From Chlorokybus atmophyticus (Eukaryota; Plantae; Mesostigma and Chlorokybus algae), in the NCBI GenBank assembly GCA_009103225.1, contig RHPI01000818.1, positions 366,307-430,306 of the forward strand: a stretch of 64,000 nucleotides of DNA, read 5' to 3'. Each line of letters starts with the position of its first letter. Position 1 is the stretch's first letter. The position numbers and the translations under genes are program-made. This document shows positions 61,575 through 64,000 of this stretch, piece by piece. The notes beneath the pieces are model-generated. The model ran no database searches and was not told the origin of the DNA. It saw nothing but the letters and a program-made list of their open reading frames with translations.

Positions 61575-61865
61575 ATATGGTTCCATATCGTCGAACATGG
61601 AACCATATAACGCAATGTTTTGCAACATCGTTCATTCATGCACAAACATCATGCGATATCCGTTGATATCAAACAACGTTGCGCAACAGCGTACTATGAA
61701 GCCTAAAGCAATATCGTCCAACTTGGCAGCATGTAGTGCAATGTTGTGCAACATCGATCTAACATGCTCAAACACTCGCGATATGCGTCGATATCAAACA
61801 ACGTTGCGCAACATCGTATCATATCGCCAAATGATGCAACATTTGTCACACCATTGCGCAACACT
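61575..61865. repeat. Palindrome-rich spacer: 12-bp hairpin plus two tandem copies at ~125-bp period
   Basis: ATATGGTTCCAT/ATGGAACCATAT stem at 61575-61608. Units start at 61614 and 61739 and share GATATCAAACAACGTTGCGCAACA. Confidence 0.8.
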
Positions 61866-61889
61866 AACTGGACTTACCAATTATCAACG

Positions 61890-64000
61890 TCAATCCCCAG
61901 GAACGGGCGTCATCTTTTCAGGGCGCGGTAAACGCGTCAACCGTAAATAGGCCCTGTTTGTCACGCGCGACAACGCCACATACCACAATCCAGGAGCAAA
62001 AGCTTCCTGCATGTGGACAACAGTAGTTGATTGCAGCGTCGCACCGTGACACTTGTGCACTGTCATTGCATACGCTAGCTGCAAAGGAAACACAGCTTTG
62101 TAGTACGTTTTGCCTTGAAACGTTGCTGTTTGCTGTATTGTTCGGCGCATCCACATGGAGTCTGCCAAATGGTCAAGTGTAACTTGTATACTGCTCACAT
62201 TACCTTTGTAGTATCTAAACTGCGTCACTGTTCCAAAGACCCATTGGCTACACCATCTTGCAGTGAAACGTTTTCTAAAACCAACACCTTTGCTCCCTTG
62301 GCGACTGAAGGTAATAAGTTGAACTTGGGCTTGTGAATCCGGTCGTATAGCTCGGGCACGTTCACTGCATTAGAAGTAATTTGTATTGGCACAATGGTAT
62401 CGGCTGCAAAACGTTGTCTCACAATCATGCTGTTGAAAGCCAGTGTGTCTTGTACATGTGAACACAATATGGTTGCATCACTTGGTAACTGTTGTAAGTA
62501 CTCCGAAGTGACCAGACAGCCACCTAATGCATCTGCTATCTCTGTTGAACTGGGTATGCCAGAACGAATCTGAATCATGTATTCAGCAAACAGAGGGTCT
62601 GAAGCATGACGCATTGAAAATGTTGCCTACGTAATGGCCACCTCTGTGATGCAGAAATATGGCATTTGTGGCAAACCTGCGATGTGTCTTGGACTTTGTG
62701 TCCACAAACTGCTGGCAGTTGCTTGTGGTCACCAACCAATACAACGCCGATTGTTTGTAGAAATTCTGGTCCATGAACTTGCTGTAAGCGCAGCATCACC
62801 AAGTCAAACAACCGCGATGTCATCATGGAAAACTCGTCAATAATAAATACTCGACAATGATGTAACAGTTTGTAAGCATCATCCATAGCAGTTACAAACC
62901 GGAGTTGCTGACCGTTGACAGGTATTGCGAAGTTGGAATGTACAGTTGAAGCTGATGAGCTGAGCCGCAAAGCCGCAGCGCCAGTTGTAGCACTGAGTAA
63001 AACAGGTATCCCAGCAACGCGCAACTTGTGAGTGATGAATTTGGTCAAAAATGTTTTGCCTGTTCCCGGACAACCAGATATCACATGTAAACCAACCGGT
63101 GTTGCAATGATACTACTTGCGGTGCGTTCTTGCTGGCTGGTCAAAGAGAGATTGTTCGCAAACGCAAACTCCTCAACATTCAATGTACCTTGAAACATTG
63201 GCGCCGATACATCTGAGTCCGTTGTCACAGTTGAAGCTGGAGATGAGATGCAGGATTGGATGATGAAGCTGTTGGATACTGCGTAGTAGGTTCTGGTGCA
63301 GTTTGACTGTCTGTCGGACCAGCTGCAGCTATAGACAAGGCATTAATAGCATTATCAGTGGTCTGCATCATGGCATTCATCATATGGTGAATCTTAACAT
63401 CATTGTATAGATGACGTTCGGCATAGCGCGTGACATGTGTCAACAAACTGCGGTTTGTGTTGTTAATGAAACCCCGCAACACACATTCTTCATAGTAAGT
63501 GCGTGATTGGTTGTTCAAAGAAATCAAATCAACTTCAGAGCGAAAAGTAACCCGCTGAAGAAGTAAATTGAAACAAAACCCTTCAGCTGTGTACAGGATG
63601 GTAATCCGTGAATCTGATGATGCGCGGGACAGCTAACTCATAAACGAATGCATTCAGTCTGTCTCTTTGAGTACGCACAGTGTTATGTGGCACAGAGTCT
63701 CCATCTCGGTGCATATACTGTCGAAAGTAGTTGTACATTGTGACTCTTTCTACCTCGTCAGGCCTGACACAATAACGATGAATGGGATGCACAATTACTG
63801 TCCGTGCACGACTGTTCACTATGCGAAAACGATTGTTAAGCAAACGCGTGTCAACATATGTTACATTGGACGACATTTGCATGATGGGAATATCTAAACA
63901 TATCAAAGCAGCTTCAACTGGAGCAATGGGTTTGGACAAGTACATTGTGTTCAATATGCGCAATTCGTTAACAGTCAATCCTTGCAAACCGAGTGCATTG
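61890..64000 (-). mobile_element. Helitron RepHel (PIF1-like SF1B helicase and upstream linker), frameshifted; 5' part lies beyond the window; Helitron2/Helentron-like
   Basis: GCPGTGKT (motif I), SATTGAAA (Ia), IIDEFSM (II), VGDHKQLPAV (III), MRHASDPLF (IV), GVANGS, FPLQLAYAMTVHKCHGATL (V) and YVALSRV (VI). The linker has PVEAALICLDIP..SSNVTYVDT and YCVRPDEVE. Four frameshifts, near 63590, 63230, 62600 and 62230. Confidence 0.92.

Noticed and set aside
61614-61865. CRISPR-like or guide-RNA array; Fanzor/TnpB next to the Helitron
   Set aside because: There are only two long units without constant repeat/unique spacer structure, and no RuvC-like motifs in any nearby ORF.

Overview
Intron-rich eukaryotic nuclear DNA, most likely from a flagellate-stage green alga. 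Flagellar genes, plant-type housekeeping genes, a plant-like U6 and a mitochondrial sdh4 fragment suggest an early-diverging streptophyte such as Chlorokybus (inference). Bases 1-42.5 kb are gene-dense, with 13 spliced protein genes: CFAP92-like, a small SMIM4-like membrane protein, PIH1D2-like, CENP-K-like, plastid sHSP, a Kelch type-I membrane protein, an ABCB half-transporter, MnmA, cyclin T, a GGCT-fold protein, a type I DnaJ and a small 2-TM protein are resolved here, plus a U6 snRNA gene. From about 42.56 kb to the end there are no host genes. This part holds, in order, an sdh4-containing NUMT, a full-length decayed Ty1/copia element (LTRs, TSD, half-tRNA PBS), a decayed hAT element, a TRIM-like mini-retroelement with a tRNA-like B-box, and a decayed Helitron (RepHel, running off the right edge). 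Next to RepHel lie two unusual spliced genes: a triple DUF3072-like-repeat gene probably ending in a GIY-YIG nuclease exon, and a ZnF/coiled-coil/RING/SIM-like gene bracketed by ~140-bp inverted repeats. All gene models and alignments were made by eye. No searches were run, so family names are recalled motif matches and exon boundaries are approximate where stated.
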